From NCBI RefSeq assembly GCF_009914755.1, contig NC_060931.1: 64,000 nt of DNA; one strand, written 5' to 3'. Below the pieces are notes generated by a model that ran no database searches, had not been told where the DNA came from, and was given only the letters and a program-made list of their open reading frames with translations. Position numbers and translations under genes: made by a program. This DNA is from the human T2T-CHM13v2.0 reference genome, Homo sapiens. How positions within the stretch are numbered: position 1 is the stretch's first letter; each line of letters opens with the position of its first letter. Shown one piece after another: positions 1-23,369 of this stretch.

Positions 1-375
1 ACGGTTCACTGTGCTAAACGGGGTGGGGGTGAGAAAAAAACAATCCAGAGTGCTCTCTTCTACTGGCCTTAGTTCCGTATAGATCCGTCCTTGCTGGGCT
101 CTGTCTTAAGAACGATACAATTTAAAGTCAAAGAGGAATCGCTAGAGTTAGCTCTAGAGTAAACCTCGTTTTGCCTATTTTGTTCCCTTTTTAGAGATGT
201 GAATAAGGTAAGGTGTTTGGAGTTCTGGAGACCTTGGAGAGAATTAAGTGAGGTGCATTCAACTCGAGGCTGGAGACATGAATACCTATTTGGAAAATAG
301 TCTGTTTTTTTCCTTCAATTTCTGAGATGGGGAGTAAAAACTGAAATTTCCCTCTTTTGTCCTTTACAGATTCTA

Positions 376-386
376 AAAATGGCGGC
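376..386 (+). promoter_or_regulatory. YY1-type motif AAAATGGCGGC in promoter-proximal intron 1
   Basis: Matches the YY1 consensus AANATGGCGGC and retains its CpG in unique sequence near the 5' end of the gene. Confidence 0.55.
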
Positions 387-3300
387 CCCAGGCTGATGTT
401 GTGGTAATCTAATCAGCTCGGGTCCTCCACACCCCATGCAGTGCGTTTGTCTGCAGCATATTACAGGCTTATTATGTTTACATGAAAAGACTGGGCTGTT
501 TTTCCTTCCCCGAGCCAGTTACAAAAATGTGTTGATTTTTTACTGCAAATTACAGTGCTGTGTTTTAGCTGATTAATTTGATTCGTTTTTCCTGAAAGGC
601 AAATAAAATGTCTCCACTTTTGAAAAAAAAAAACAGCCTTGCAAATTTCAGTGGTGATGATGGGTGCGCTTCAACATTAAAAAAAAATTATTTGGGTACC
701 AATAATAGTTTTTGTTTGGTTTAATCCAACCATCTTTTATTCAATATGCCAAAGTAGATTAAAATGTTTAGTAACTGTATAAGTATCATCTATTTTATAT
801 GATTAAATGTTTCAATCTAGAGTAAGACATTTCCCAACCACCTCTTGACCCATTTTGTGGATTTTGGTTTTTGTATTGTGTTTTAGCTTAAATTTTAGGG
901 AGCTGTACAAACAAGCTTAAACCTGTTACTTCATTGGGTGTAGAGATGCCATTATATTTTGCCATCCATTTTTCCCATGTATTTAAGCTTTCCTTAAGAA
1001 TTTTCAAAGTTTATTGTGTATTTGGTAAAGTGAAGCTTCATGCTGCCTTTAACAATCGTCTTACAGCATACTATCATCATTATGTAAGTTAAAAGTAAGG
1101 CTCCGATTCTGGATTTTTTTCCTCTTCAAATATGCCCATTTACCTATTATAGGATTGTGGAATTTAGTCTGTTTTAATAGACCTTAAATAAAAACATTAC
1201 CATAATAGGGTCTTGAATCCATTTTATGCTATTTTCAGAAACTTACAGACTGAGACTGAAAATTAAATGGTGTCAGGTGTCATTTAACTGAATTTTTTAA
1301 AGTGTGAAAGATTAGAATTCACTTTCGTAGTGGGAGTTCTTTTTGGGTTGAACTAAGCAGTGAGATGTGAGTGGGCCATTAATGACATTTAATGACCATT
1401 CTGATTGTGGAGCAACGGAAAGATGAGTGCTTTTCAATCCAGTAGTACTTTAAAAGGTTGAAGAGTATACACTGTTTCATGATTCTTTTATTCCATTGTA
1501 AATATTTTAGAGCAGCATTTACTTCATATGGTGACTGTATCAACTAGGTTGATAAGGTTCTAGCCTACGAAATAATTAGAGAAATAACTGGCTCAAGGAT
1601 TTTCTACATACCAGTGAGCTTCATCATGGAAGACTGAGCACACAACCTTACTTAGAATATTTGAAATATTTTATTATAAAGTGAAATGTTGGTGGGTAGT
1701 GGGCGAAATTTGTGTAGGGTTTTGGGGTCAGTACTCATTTGTATTTTGATCTGAGCAAGTATTTAAGTCCAGATCATTCACTGCTGTGTAAAGATTGTGC
1801 ATTTATTTTAAAGGCTGGGTGATTAAGGTCTGTGGTTCAGAAGCTTGGTACTTTAAACTTACTATTCAATATACAAAATCAGTGTATTCTTAAAAATTTG
1901 ATTTATGTGGCCATAGGAGGGAACACTGCCTGTGCCCGATGGTTTTCTTCATAGAGACCTTGGTCAGGTCTAGACAGACAAAGCAATTGAACTTATTTGG
2001 CTTCAAATGAAAAATACCAAGTTAGAAATTATAGGAAAAGCTGTCTTCAGTTTACTAGCTTTCTTCATATTGGCTTGCTTTATTGCTTTAGGTTTTGTTT
2101 CTTTTTGGTGGTGGTGGTGGGTGGTTTTTTTTTGTTTTTTGTTTTTTTTTTTTTGATGTTTTAGTTCCTGTAAAATGATACTGGCTTTTTTTTTTTTTAA
2201 GTATTGTACCTTATTTTGAATGGTTACTTTATAAATCACGAGGCTATAATTGTTTGTTTTTTGTTAATTTACTATGTGTGTTTTAAGTTAGGATTGTCTA
2301 GGCAAATTTATTAGAAGGTTAGGCATAATTTTTGTTCCCAGAGAGTTTTGAAAGAATTTGGTTCCTTGGGGGAAACTAGTCAAATGGTCTTTGTTCTAGG
2401 ATAGCTGAGTTTGAAGGATTAGTTGTTTATCTGTTTAAGTGGATTTGTAGAGAACTATAATGTAATTGGAGAGTTAATTTTATTTTTAGAGCCTACATTT
2501 TGATCATACATCCTTTCGTTGTCAGTGTAAATGAAAGGATCTCTCTGATTCCAGTTTAAGTGTAGAGCCTTGACAGGTCTCCATTTCCCGTCAACTCTGT
2601 AAGACTGATAACTGCCCTACAATTTTGGCTCGTCTGACTTCCTCACAGCTTCCAGAGAGAAATCATTGCCATATATGCCCCCAGTAAGCTCTAGGACTTC
2701 TTGAGTCTATTGAGGCAGTAGGGAGAAAAGCTAATTAATAGGAGAAAAATTTCCCCTCAGTACATATCTTAGTGGTCTTAGGGAAATTATAATTTCTTAA
2801 ATTGGCTTCTTAATTTCCAAGAATAATGTACTCGTTTTCATTCATCAATCTTCTAAAGAAACCTGTGGTTTAATTTTTAAAGGTGTGTTTTATGTAAACC
2901 CTAACAGCTCTGCATTTCTGGAAGCTACTACTACTGGGACTTAAATGTGTACAACCATAGTGTGTTTAAAATGTGTAAAACTAACAGAACTTTGAAGAGC
3001 TATCAAAACTGGTTAGGAAATACTAGTATGCAGTTTTCTCAACAGATGCTATTTTATGTTTACTATTTTAAAAATATTTTAATAATGTGTAAAAGCTTTT
3101 ATCTCCAAAGGATTTGTTTTTAGCAGATGGTAGGTGCTTAATTATTTCTTGGATGTGAATCTTTTATTGAAGCAAACACATTTACATCTCAAATATGTAG
3201 GGTGATCAGGGACTGTTCCCTGTTATGTGTTAGAATAAATGTTAAATACTTGTATTCTGTGAGACTTGTTTCCCCCAATTTCATGATAGATTATCTATGA

Positions 3301-3613
3301 GACTTTTTAATATTGAAAATATAATTATTTTATGGTAAAATTAATTTTTATGTTGACTGGCAAATTAACGAGTGGAATACTATTTGAAATATTACTCTGT
3401 GAATGTTACTGGCTTTTAGGCTGGGTTTAAAATTGAAGTGGCTCGTATTTACTACCTGTTCTGTAATGTGCAGATGTTGGGAGGAGCCTTATTTTTTTCT
3501 TGACATTGAAAGAATAATTTTTTGTATTACCTACAAATTTACTTAACATGGAGGAACAGTATTTGTTGTTGAAATTGTTTTCTACACTAAACTGGAAGTG
3601 GATGGTATTTAAC

Positions 3614-3765
3614 TAAAAATCTTGCAATTGCTATTAAACAATGAGTATTTTGCATTATATAAAATAAACAGTATTTTACTTTGTATAATATAAAATGAGT
3701 ATTTTACTTTATATAAAATACTCTGTTTAATAGCAATTGCAATATTTTTAATAGCAATTGCAAGA
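3614..3765. repeat. AT-rich imperfect palindrome with internal direct repeats
   Basis: 3622-3640 is the exact reverse complement of 3724-3742 (19 bp); 3643-3651 pairs with 3715-3723; a third arm copy lies at 3747-3765. Confidence 0.9.
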
Positions 3766-4520
3766 GATAAGAATTAACCATATTATGATGCAAACAAATT
3801 GTTTTTTTGTTATTGTGAACTTCCATGCTAAGTGCTACATTAAAAATCAAATGAAGGTGACCCAGAGTAAGTTAATTAGATTTTAATTCATATCTTTAAG
3901 GATAAAAGAAGTTTTTATTAACCATTGGTAACTAGGATGCTTTTTACTTAAATCAGAGTCAGGAAAAGCAGTTGGTCTTATATTTCACGAGATAACATGT
4001 TTTCACTTGATATGAAATCAGTTCTTTTTTTCCCTCATGAACAGCTCATAATTGGATTTTATTTTTGGACAGAAAAACTTTTTTTATTGTTAGGTGAATT
4101 TTACAGTTTTATTGGAAATCTCGTTTGGTTATTTACCAAAACTATTTAAGCTTTTTGGGATGTTGGACATTTTCAATGCAACAGGTCAACAAAGAATTCT
4201 TTTTTGATGTGTTGCATTAAGATGCCATCAAAACAGACACTACGTCTTTTAATGAGTAAATAATTAACCTATAATATGTGTAAACTACTTGTTCATCATT
4301 TTTAATTAAAATATTTTGTATTTCAAAACTGTTTCAAATATGAAATCTGGGTTTAGAAAGGATCTGCATGCAGGTCAACGTGATAAGCAATGATCTATGT
4401 AGCTTTATTTTTACGACAATTGGACAGAGGTAATTTCTTAGCACCTCTTAGGCTGCTTAATTTAGAGTTAATCCAAAGGAAGAAACATTCCTTCAGAAGA
4501 CTAGGACATATCAGATATTA

Positions 4521-5335
<815 letters not shown>

Positions 5336-6589
5336 TTATCTGAGACCAAAAATGTTTAAATTTTTTCATTTATGTTGACTTTTGTTTTCATAGGGTATTT
5401 AAAATAATTTCCATTTAAAGTCTTAAAAATTTACACTTATAAATTATTTTAAACTTATTTGAGTTAAATAAGCTTAAAGATTAAATATCTTTTCCTTACC
5501 GTTTGGCCTAAGATGAAGCCTAGTGTCAGTGGTTTTTAGTAAAAAGTGAGGAATATGGTGAAAAGAAAAGAATTAACCATTACCACTTAGGATATTGTCA
5601 GGGAAACATAGTTTGGGTCTTTCAGAGAATGTGTATGAGAAACATACACTCTTCTAATATTTTTGTTTTCTTATTTCAGAGACTAATATATGTAATCGTT
5701 TCTATTTTTGAGTTTACAGAGAGATATCTCCAGTTCCTCTTACCATCTTGCTTTATGTAACATTTAAAGAAAGACAGCGTTCAGGAATTTGAAAACCCCA
5801 TTTCCTCTTTAATGAAGTGGCTGAGATGGGAAGATTCATGATGTGACTAATTTGAATGGTTAGGACTGTGGTCCAGTAGCCATAAATAGGGGTCTCAGGT
5901 TGGTCTGATACATAGTAACTCTTACCCAGAAAATAAGTCTCTGCTTCTTCTCTTTAAATGAAGTTGCTTAATTGGTTGCCTTGACACAGGCTTATTACAT
6001 CTTACATCATTAAGCCTTCGCTGTAACAATATTTTTGAAGCACAGACAAAAGATGAATTTGAGTAGCTATTATTTTCCTGGCACCACAGATGCAGAGAGA
6101 GATGAGACTGTCCCTGCTTTGAGAGAACCCGTAGTTTATTTCACCTTCTTAAAAGCCTGCTGTTTTAGAGTTTTTTGGATGCAAGGAACAGAAATCAGCT
6201 CTAGCTAGCTTAAATAAAGGATTTGTTATAAGGCTATAGGGAAATCTCACATAATTTATTTGAAGAAAGTACAGATGGGCCTCACAGGAATTGGCAAGGT
6301 GTCAAAGAGCCACTATTCACCATCTTGATCCCCTCTAATTATCTGAGACTAGTTAGAGAGATGGTGGTGGGGTGGGTGTTCATGGTTTGTAGAGTGGCGT
6401 TTCTCAGATGTAAAGCAAGAGAAAGACACGTTTAATTCTCCTGAAAACAATTACCTTTTTCCAGGAATGTTCAAAGGTACTTGGGAGGGCTTCCAAAACT
6501 AAATAATTGATATATCACACTGATGATTCAATTTTTAATTAAAAAATTGCCACACACACATGATGAGGAATGCTAAAAAACCAAGATAT

Positions 6590-7420
6590 TTTTGGTTTTA
6601 ACTTAAAAATAATGTAAAATTTACTGAAAATTTACTTGAATAGTACAAATAACTCTCTTATACTGTGTACCAAGATCACCGGACTTGTGACATTTTGCTG
6701 TTTGCTTTATTATTCTCTTTATATATACACCTGGTATTTTTCCTGAACCATTTGAGAGTGGGTTTCATTGCCAGTAGTACTAGCCCCCTTACAGCCCTTA
6801 TTACTGAAGTATGCATTTCCTAAGAACACGCATGTTTTCCTAAGTAACAGAGTAGTTGTCAAATTCAGGAAATTTAACATTGATGTAATACTAAATAGTC
6901 CATATTCTAGTTTTATCAGTTGTCCCTATTATGTCCTTTATTAGCATTTTTTTCAGTACCATTAGCCGATCCAAGATCACAGATTGCATTTAGTTTTGTT
7001 GTCCCTTAAGTCTCTTTTAATCTGGAACAGTTCCTCCATCTTTGTCTTTCATGACATTGGAAGGCTTATTATTTATATATTGCTCCTCAGTTTGGCTTGG
7101 TCTTAAGGTTTCTTCATTATTCAGATTATACATTTTTGGCTAGAATACTAGATTAGAAATATGTGTTTTTCTATCGTCTGGAGGCATATGATGTTTGTTT
7201 GCCCTTTACTATTATGTTCATTTTGATAGCTTAGTTAAGGTGTTGAGTAGTTTCTCTATTGTATAGTTGATGTTTTTTTGACATTACTAATTAATTTTTG
7301 GGGAAATACTTTGAGATTGTATAAATATCCACTTCCTCATTAAACTTTCCTCTTCAAGATGTAGCGTCTGTTGATGATTCTTGCCTAAATAAAGTTTTTA
7401 CTGTGTTGGTTGTAAATACA
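6590..7420 (-). mobile_element. Old L1MC-type 3' end fragment
   Basis: Recognisable L1MC4/5-like 3' UTR motifs (tttcctgaaccatttgagagt; aggaaatttaacattgat; tttaatctggaacagttcc). Boundaries approximate. Confidence 0.7.
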
Positions 7421-7876
7421 CGAAGGTTTTTCTTTTCTTTTGCTTAATTAAAAAAACTAATTTTCTTCTTTTCTTTACTTGGGTACATACATACACATAT
7501 ACACCAGGGTTTTTAACTGATTTGTTTCTGGATAGTTGGGATTGTGGGAGTTTCGTTTTCTTGTTTTTTCTTTTCCAGTTTTTCTGTAAGGCATATGGGC
7601 TGCTTTTTAAATCACAACAAATAAAATAAATTTTAAGGAAGAAAAGTATAGATAAGATAGACAGTAGTATATGTATAATATTCCTGTACAGTTTTCCACC
7701 GAAATGGGATTTAAATAGTTTCCTGGATGCTGATCTAATTTGAAATCCAGAACACACACACAAAAGATGTGCTTCTAGTTCCTTATTTAGTCTTTAAAAC
7801 TATTGCTAAATGAGTCTTGAGTTACAGTTGTATTGTTTAGGCTTATGATTTGCTAATGCCAGCAGCTTAATTTCTA

Positions 7877-8454
<578 letters not shown>

Positions 8455-9879
8455 CCGTTAAGCAATTTTTAAAAAGTAAAATATTTTTTGGAAAACATTA
8501 AGATAGGTTATTTTTCACATACATGCAAATTAATGCTTTTTAAAAGGGGGTTGGTGAGATGGTATATACACAGATGGTAATACAGCAGAGCATGAAACAT
8601 CTGTAATTCTAGGGCAAAGCGGTATATGGTTTCTAGAACTTTGTAGTTAAAGAAATATATACTCAGAAAGGTTAAGAAGGACAAGTAAAGGAAAAGAAAC
8701 AGAAAAACACTTAGACTTTCATTACATTATGATAATACTCATCAGTTTTATGTATTTTCAGTTATAGCAAAATGTTGGTAGTGAATTTGGATGATAATTT
8801 AATTTCTTTGGAAATTTTCAGACAGGAGAAGAAAATTTTGAGACTTACAGAGTACATATTCTCTAAAACTTAAAATTTTCTTCTGAGAAAATTAAGATAA
8901 TCATATTTCACAACAATGAAGATTAATGAAATACAGTGGATACTTAGCATTTGGTAGGTGCTTTAAAAAATAATTTGAATTGACTGTGTGCCAATATGTC
9001 TTAACAGATTGATGGAAGTTCAGTTTGTAGTACTACTAAGTCTTAATTCGGTGTTTAAACAAAAGGTATGGCGGAAGGTACAAAAACAAGCCCCATGATG
9101 AACGAAAGGATTTTCTTTCAGGCCAGAACTCCCATCCTGGATGTGTAAAGGAGTACCTTAATTGACTGAAGTTAAGAATCTACATTTAGAATTGACTTAA
9201 GAGAACTCTTTGTTATTTTTTTCTCACTGTGGCTCAAGGACCTCATGTATCAATTATATTAAAATGAACATTCTCAGACCAATCAAGTTTTTAGAGTAGG
9301 GCCTTGAATTTGCATTTTAGTACTGGCTCCAGCTCATTTTTATATTCCAGTTCTCTGCTTTTATTTTATAAGGAGATTGAGCTCCAGAGAGTTTAAATGA
9401 TTTTCCCAAGGTCGTAAAGTTACATAGTGGTTAATCAAGGTTTAAAATTTAGGTCCTGATTCTTGGTGCTTTATACTTTTCCAAGAAATCATGCTGGACA
9501 TTTCTTTTTAAAAGGCAGGCCACTATTTTCAGAGTCTGAAATAAGCAAATACTGGTCTTTGTACAGTGTCAAATGACAGACTCTCTGTCTACTGCTTGTG
9601 TATATTCCAGTTCAAGATGATTCATTGGTTTCCAGAACCTATAGGCTATTTGGATAAGGAGCTTGAATTAAAATCACAGCAGTACAAATTGGGATCAAGT
9701 TGTGGTTGAGCCTTGAATGCCAGATTAAAAGCATGTGTACTTAAGAGGAGTGCTACTGAAAAATTTGCACTGGAGAATGACATGTGGAACGTGGCTTATT
9801 TACCTCCAATTCTTAAGATGTAAAAGTAACATATGTTTATTAAAAGGACTCAAAACAGTACTTCTTTAGAAGCTGTATT

Positions 9880-10070
9880 GTATAGAGTAGAGATTCCAGA
9901 ACCATACCACTTTGGTTTGATTGCACTCAAACCAGGTTGTACTTCTTTGGGCAATGTTTTCTACCTCTTTGTGCTTTTGTTTCTTGGTCTGCAAAATGGA
10001 GATAATAATAGAGCCTATTTCATAGTGTGGTTTTGAGAATTCAGTAAGTTAATTTGGGTAAAATTCTTAG
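9880..10070 (+). mobile_element. MIR fragment
   Basis: MIR core tttcttggtctgcaaaatggagataataatagagcctatttcatag. Confidence 0.7.
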
Positions 10071-10439
10071 AAGCTCTGTAGCCTTTTCTGTGATAGTTGT
10101 TTCTGGAAAAAAGTAAAAAAGTAAATCTCTGACTTCTGTGTGTAAGGTCTATCATATGCTAAGGTGATCACTATTTATAGTTTATGTATTTTTTTCTAAA
10201 ATGTTTTATGTAGGTACTATAGATGTTTCCTTAATCTTCATTTAACCAATGTGCAGGATTAATAATTCTTCTTTTAAAAATACTAATGTCCATGTATGTT
10301 GAATGAATGTAAACTACTTTCTGCTGCTTCCACCAGTTGAGATGAATGCTCATGGAAGTTATAGGTTTCTTCCCAAATTGGCTAATTCTATTGTACTTGT
10401 AATGTGTTTATATTATTCTACTAAGTATTACGTAAACCA

Positions 10440-10790
10440 ATGATAAATGAATGTGAAAAGAGAACTGTTTAAACGCAAACTAAGTTAAATGCTTTGGAAA
10501 ACTTGATAAAGGCAAATTAATTGCTGAAGAAAATTGTAGTCAGTTTAGGTGTGGGCAAGATGACTAAAAGATTACAGGGAAAAAATAGAAATCTAGAAGG
10601 AAGTCTACATTCAGATTGCCCCACAAAGATCTAGGTAACTTATTTTGAAATATGTTGAACCAAAAACTGTGGACAATGCATTATTGATCTGGTTTATGTA
10701 GGAACAAGAAACCAGAATTCTAGTCAGGGGAGCTATACTCAAAGAATACATTTTGGCTTGAAACTAAAAAATTGATAAGGATATTTTAAA
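10440..10790 (+). mobile_element. Ancient Tigger/pogo DNA transposon fragment (degenerate CENP-B-type HTH)
   Basis: Broken translations TKLNALE..LDKG, LGVGKMT and VDNALLIWFM*EQETRILVRGAILKE resemble the Tigger transposase N-terminus. Confidence 0.7.
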
Positions 10791-11784
10791 TTACAAGTAC
10801 AGTATTTAAGATACATGTATTATAATTCTCCATGTTAACTTTGATGAACTCGCAAACATCTAGTCTCCTGTATATATGTAAATTTAGATTTCTGTAATTC
10901 AAAAGGGGATGGATCCAATTACATACTGTAACTCTTTTGATCATTTAGTGTCTTGGAAATCTAAAAATGGGACTTCAGGATCTGACTCTGGTTTATCCAG
11001 TGGGGTTTATAGGACTCTGCTAGATGAAATAAGAGATTTCAAGTGGTTCTGGAACATATCAAGATCCAAAGACCTTTGTTGTCGTGTGAGATTTAAATTC
11101 TTTTTTAGGGACCTTTTGAACTCTGATAATACTATAGATTAATTTAGTGGCAGATAGTTGAGTGCCTTCCTATGTAAAAGCATCATAGTAGCTATTAATT
11201 TTGTCTTGTTCATCTTGCACATACTGCTTCCTAAGGGAAATAACTGATGATTGTGTTGGTTAACATCGCTGGAGTCAGATTGTGTGGTTTTTTCAAATGT
11301 AAGCCTGTAATTGGTGTACAGTAACCTAGTTGCTGTATATTAGTATTAATCGTTAGCTATACAGTAATCTGTCAACCATTTGATCTTTGAATTGTATGTT
11401 TAAACTGGCAAATCTCATGGATGTGATATGGTTGTACCAAAAGACAAATGCTGTTTTATTGTGTGATTACTTTGAGAATAATTGTGAGAAACTGGTAATT
11501 ATCATTTAAATTGATCTACAGTGATAGTGGAAGTTATATGTCAAAGGAGATTTTGTCGACATAGCTTAAAATTTCACTTACAGAAGTTTAAAATTGATAC
11601 CTCTTACCTCCTAAAGTAAATAGTTCATTAAGGATTTTGGGAAAAGCAATTCTAGTTCAATCCCCAGCTACACACAGCAATTTCCTCATGCTTAAATGGT
11701 TTTTATGAGTGACTGATGAGCTCACTATATGTGGGTTATTTTTCATTTATATATAAAATCCCTTTGCAGAAAGGCCCCGCCCTC

Positions 11785-13508
<1,724 letters not shown>

Positions 13509-13686
13509 TGAGACTGAGACATTTCCTAGGGTCACATAGCTAAGGAGTGGCTGTTCAATAATTTGAATTAAAGTCATTTGAAAATTTTTGTAGCTTTCTG
13601 TTGATCCTTATAAAGGACTAATTCTTGACAAGGTATTGAGAATAAACATCATTAATCAAAGGCAGCTGCTTAAGAAAACTACTCTA

Positions 13687-13949
<263 letters not shown>

Positions 13950-13999
13950 CACTACTTGAAGGTACCCTTGATTATATTGGATTGCCATAGGTCATTTCA

Positions 14000-14570
14000 G
14001 GTGTCATAAGAGCAATATAATTTTGTTCATTGCCCATTCCCAAGAACCTAGAGCAGTATCTAGAACATAGTATATGTTCAATAAATATGTTAAATGAATG
14101 AATTTGATTTGATTTGGTTTTAAAATAGAATAGTTGTACTCTGAGGGAGGAGGGAAATGCTTAAACAATACTAAGAATTCCATTCTTTAGAGACAAATTA
14201 CTTAGAAGTTGATAGTGACATATTGAAAGGGTTGTTGATTGTTGGATTATTCAGGTGATGAAGATGATGGTAGGGGCCATGGCGGCTGAGGGAGAATGAG
14301 TCTTAAACACTGAGGAGGCACAAAAGATTGGGTGGCTGGATATAATAGGAAACTGGAACGAAAGAAGGAGAAGAGAATGGCGATACTGATAAAAAATAGA
14401 ATGAAAGAAGATGTGTGGAAAAGAAAGTTTCACTTTGAAGGCTTGATTTTTGAAGTGATGGCAGATATAGATATACATCCAATAGATGAGTGGGAAAAGT
14501 AAATCAAACAAATGAAAAATTGAGTCCAAGATTGATGGGAGACTAATAATGGGGAGGACTGAGCCTGGGG
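14000..14570. mobile_element. L2 fragments
   Basis: L2 3' terminus (ttcaataaatatgttaaatgaatgaat) followed by purine-rich antisense L2 ORF-derived sequence. Confidence 0.6.
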
Positions 14571-15777
14571 GCAACTACATTAGTAACAGTGGCAGGTTTT
14601 GTTTTTTCATGTTCATTTAAAGGAAGGAGGAGAGATTTATGTGTTAGAAAAAGGGAAATTGTGGTTTAATCAATAATAATTTAGGTGGGTATCCTAGCCA
14701 CTGAATTACAGGCTTTGAGGTAATATAGAAATACCTCAGTTCTTGCTATGGAGTCAAATAGATGATCTAATTGTGGAAGCTATACATTTAGCAGCTGTTC
14801 TAGAACAATGTCTGTCAAAATATAAACCAGTAGTTAATGTAAGTAGTGCATTCTTTAGGAGGTTAAGAAGGGAAGACATTAGTGTAGAACAAGTTTTATA
14901 GCTGGAGAAGTCTTTTGAGATAAAGTCTAGTCAAATTGTTATTTACAGGTGAGGAAACAGCCCTTAGGAGGTTGATTTGCCAGATATCTTAAAACTATCT
15001 AAAAAAATTGGGAAGGCTTCAAGGAAGCATTGGTTCTTGAAGGTCTAATATGATTTTTATTGGGTGGGAAAGAAAAGGAAAAGAAAATTAGTGAATTTGA
15101 AGAGGAATGAGCAAGGATATGCCAACAATAGCAAAAAAGACTTGCATAATCAAAGGAGTTATAGATTGGATTATTAGTATGGAACAAGATAACCTGATAA
15201 AATGTCAACATTAGGAACTTGACTGGAATTACTGTGAACTACACTTTTTTTGAATAGGTCAAAGTTATGAGGAAACTAGTGGCTTTTGAAGTATAATATT
15301 CTGTCCAATGTTGTAACCAGTACTAAAATAGAGCACTGGTGTGAATGCCCTTTTAGTTTTTTGATAAGGCATTCAGGCCACATCTCAGACCTACTACATG
15401 AGAATCTCTAGGGTAAGGCCTAGGAACCTATCATTTTCTACTCCTATCCCCAGGTATATGAAAAGTAACAGTTGTGGATCTATGTTTGGGAACCAGTGGT
15501 TTAAAAGCCACATTAGTATAGGGAAAGAAACTACTTAGGGAAGTATTCATTGCCCAGGTCTGAGATAATAAAATGTAGACAGTATCATCAGAAAGATTTG
15601 TTTAAATTCTATTAATTAGATTTTATGCACGTTGTTTTTAGAGAGGGAAAGAAGAAAAATCTCAAGTTTTCTAGTATGAAAGAAATGGATTCAAAATAGT
15701 GATAGAAAGCATACTTAGAAGGAGATAGAAGGAGAGTGAGGACACTGTTTTACTTGCGATTAAAGAATGACAGAATA

Positions 15778-17500
<1,723 letters not shown>

Positions 17501-18100
17501 CATCATAGGATTTTGTTGTTGTTTGATTATTAATTACAATAAGCTTTAACACTATTTTTTGCAAGAGTAAAAAATATTCTACTCAATATGTCCTTGGGAC
17601 AAGTAGAATATACCAGTGAAACAAGTTTTTCCTATCAGATTTTAAGTCAGCATTTTCTTTTAGCTATTGATTTTCAAACAGTTCTTCAGGAAGCCATAGG
17701 TGAGAGGGTGTACAGGCGTGGACATTCCCCTGGTATTTTTTTAAACCACAGATGTAGCAAACATGAAGTACAAATGCCTACTCTACCCATTGGCAGACAT
17801 CACTGTGGCATTCTCCCATTATATTTGGCTTTCTTAGTACAGCACTTCAAGTGGACACTAACAATTATTGGTTAAAGCACAGGAGATTAAAACTATTTTT
17901 TCATGTTACAATCAAAAAGGATGCCTAGATTTCTGTGTTAATATTTCATGTGTAGGCAAATTGCTACCAATGCTTAAAAAGAGTTTGAAGCCCACAATTT
18001 TAATGTCATTTTAAAACATTAAACTTTTAATTTTGTGATAATTATAGAGTTGCATATGGTTGTAAGAAATAATAGAGAAATTCTATGTATTTTTACCCAG

Positions 18101-18871
<771 letters not shown>

Positions 18872-19578
18872 CGCAGTTTCCCTCAATGGTAAAGTCTTGT
18901 AAAATTGTGGTACAATGTCCTGACTAGTGTGTGTGTGTTTGTTTGTTTGTTTTAAGAGACAGGGTCTCCCTTTGTTGCCCAGGTTGGAGAGTAGTATGAT
19001 CACAGCTTGCTGTAATCTCAAACTCCTAGGCTCAGACGATCCTCCTACCTCAATCTCCTGAATAGTTAGGACTACAGGCTTGCACCACCATGCCCAGCTA
19101 ATTTTTTTATTTTTGTGGAGTTTGGGTCACACTCTGTAGCCCAGGCTGTTCTGAAACTCCTGGCCTCACGTGATCCTTCTGCCTCAGCCTCCCAAAGTGC
19201 TGAAATTACAGACGTGAGCCAACACACCTGGCCAAGACCAGAATATTGACATTGATACAATCTTCTCCTTTTATTCAGGCTTCCCAGTTGTATTTGCACT
19301 CATTTGTTTGTCTAGATTTAGTTCTGTGCATTATGATCACATGTGTGGGTACCTGTACCCACCACCACAGTTAAGGTATAGAACAATTTTATCACCACAA
19401 GGATCCTTAATATTGTTCTCCTATGTAACCATACCTATCTTTCTCTACCCCTTCCCTTCTGAATAACCTATCCTCCATTTCTGTAATTTATTACTTTAAG
19501 AATGTTATATAAATGGAGTTAAATAGTATGTAACTTTTTGAGGTTGGCTTTTTTTTGGGGGGTGGGGGGGGTGGGGGG

Positions 19579-20172
<594 letters not shown>

Positions 20173-20279
20173 AGATCGGCTTTTTTTTTTTTCCACTCAG
20201 CATAATTACCTTGGATTCACCCAAGTTGTTGCCTGTATTGATAGTTTGTTCCTTTATATTGCTGAGTAGTGTTCCATTT

Positions 20280-23369
<3,090 letters not shown>

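Noticed and set aside
14251-14574. 107-aa minus-strand ORF
   Set aside because: It lies in degenerate L2 sequence and has no intact domain.
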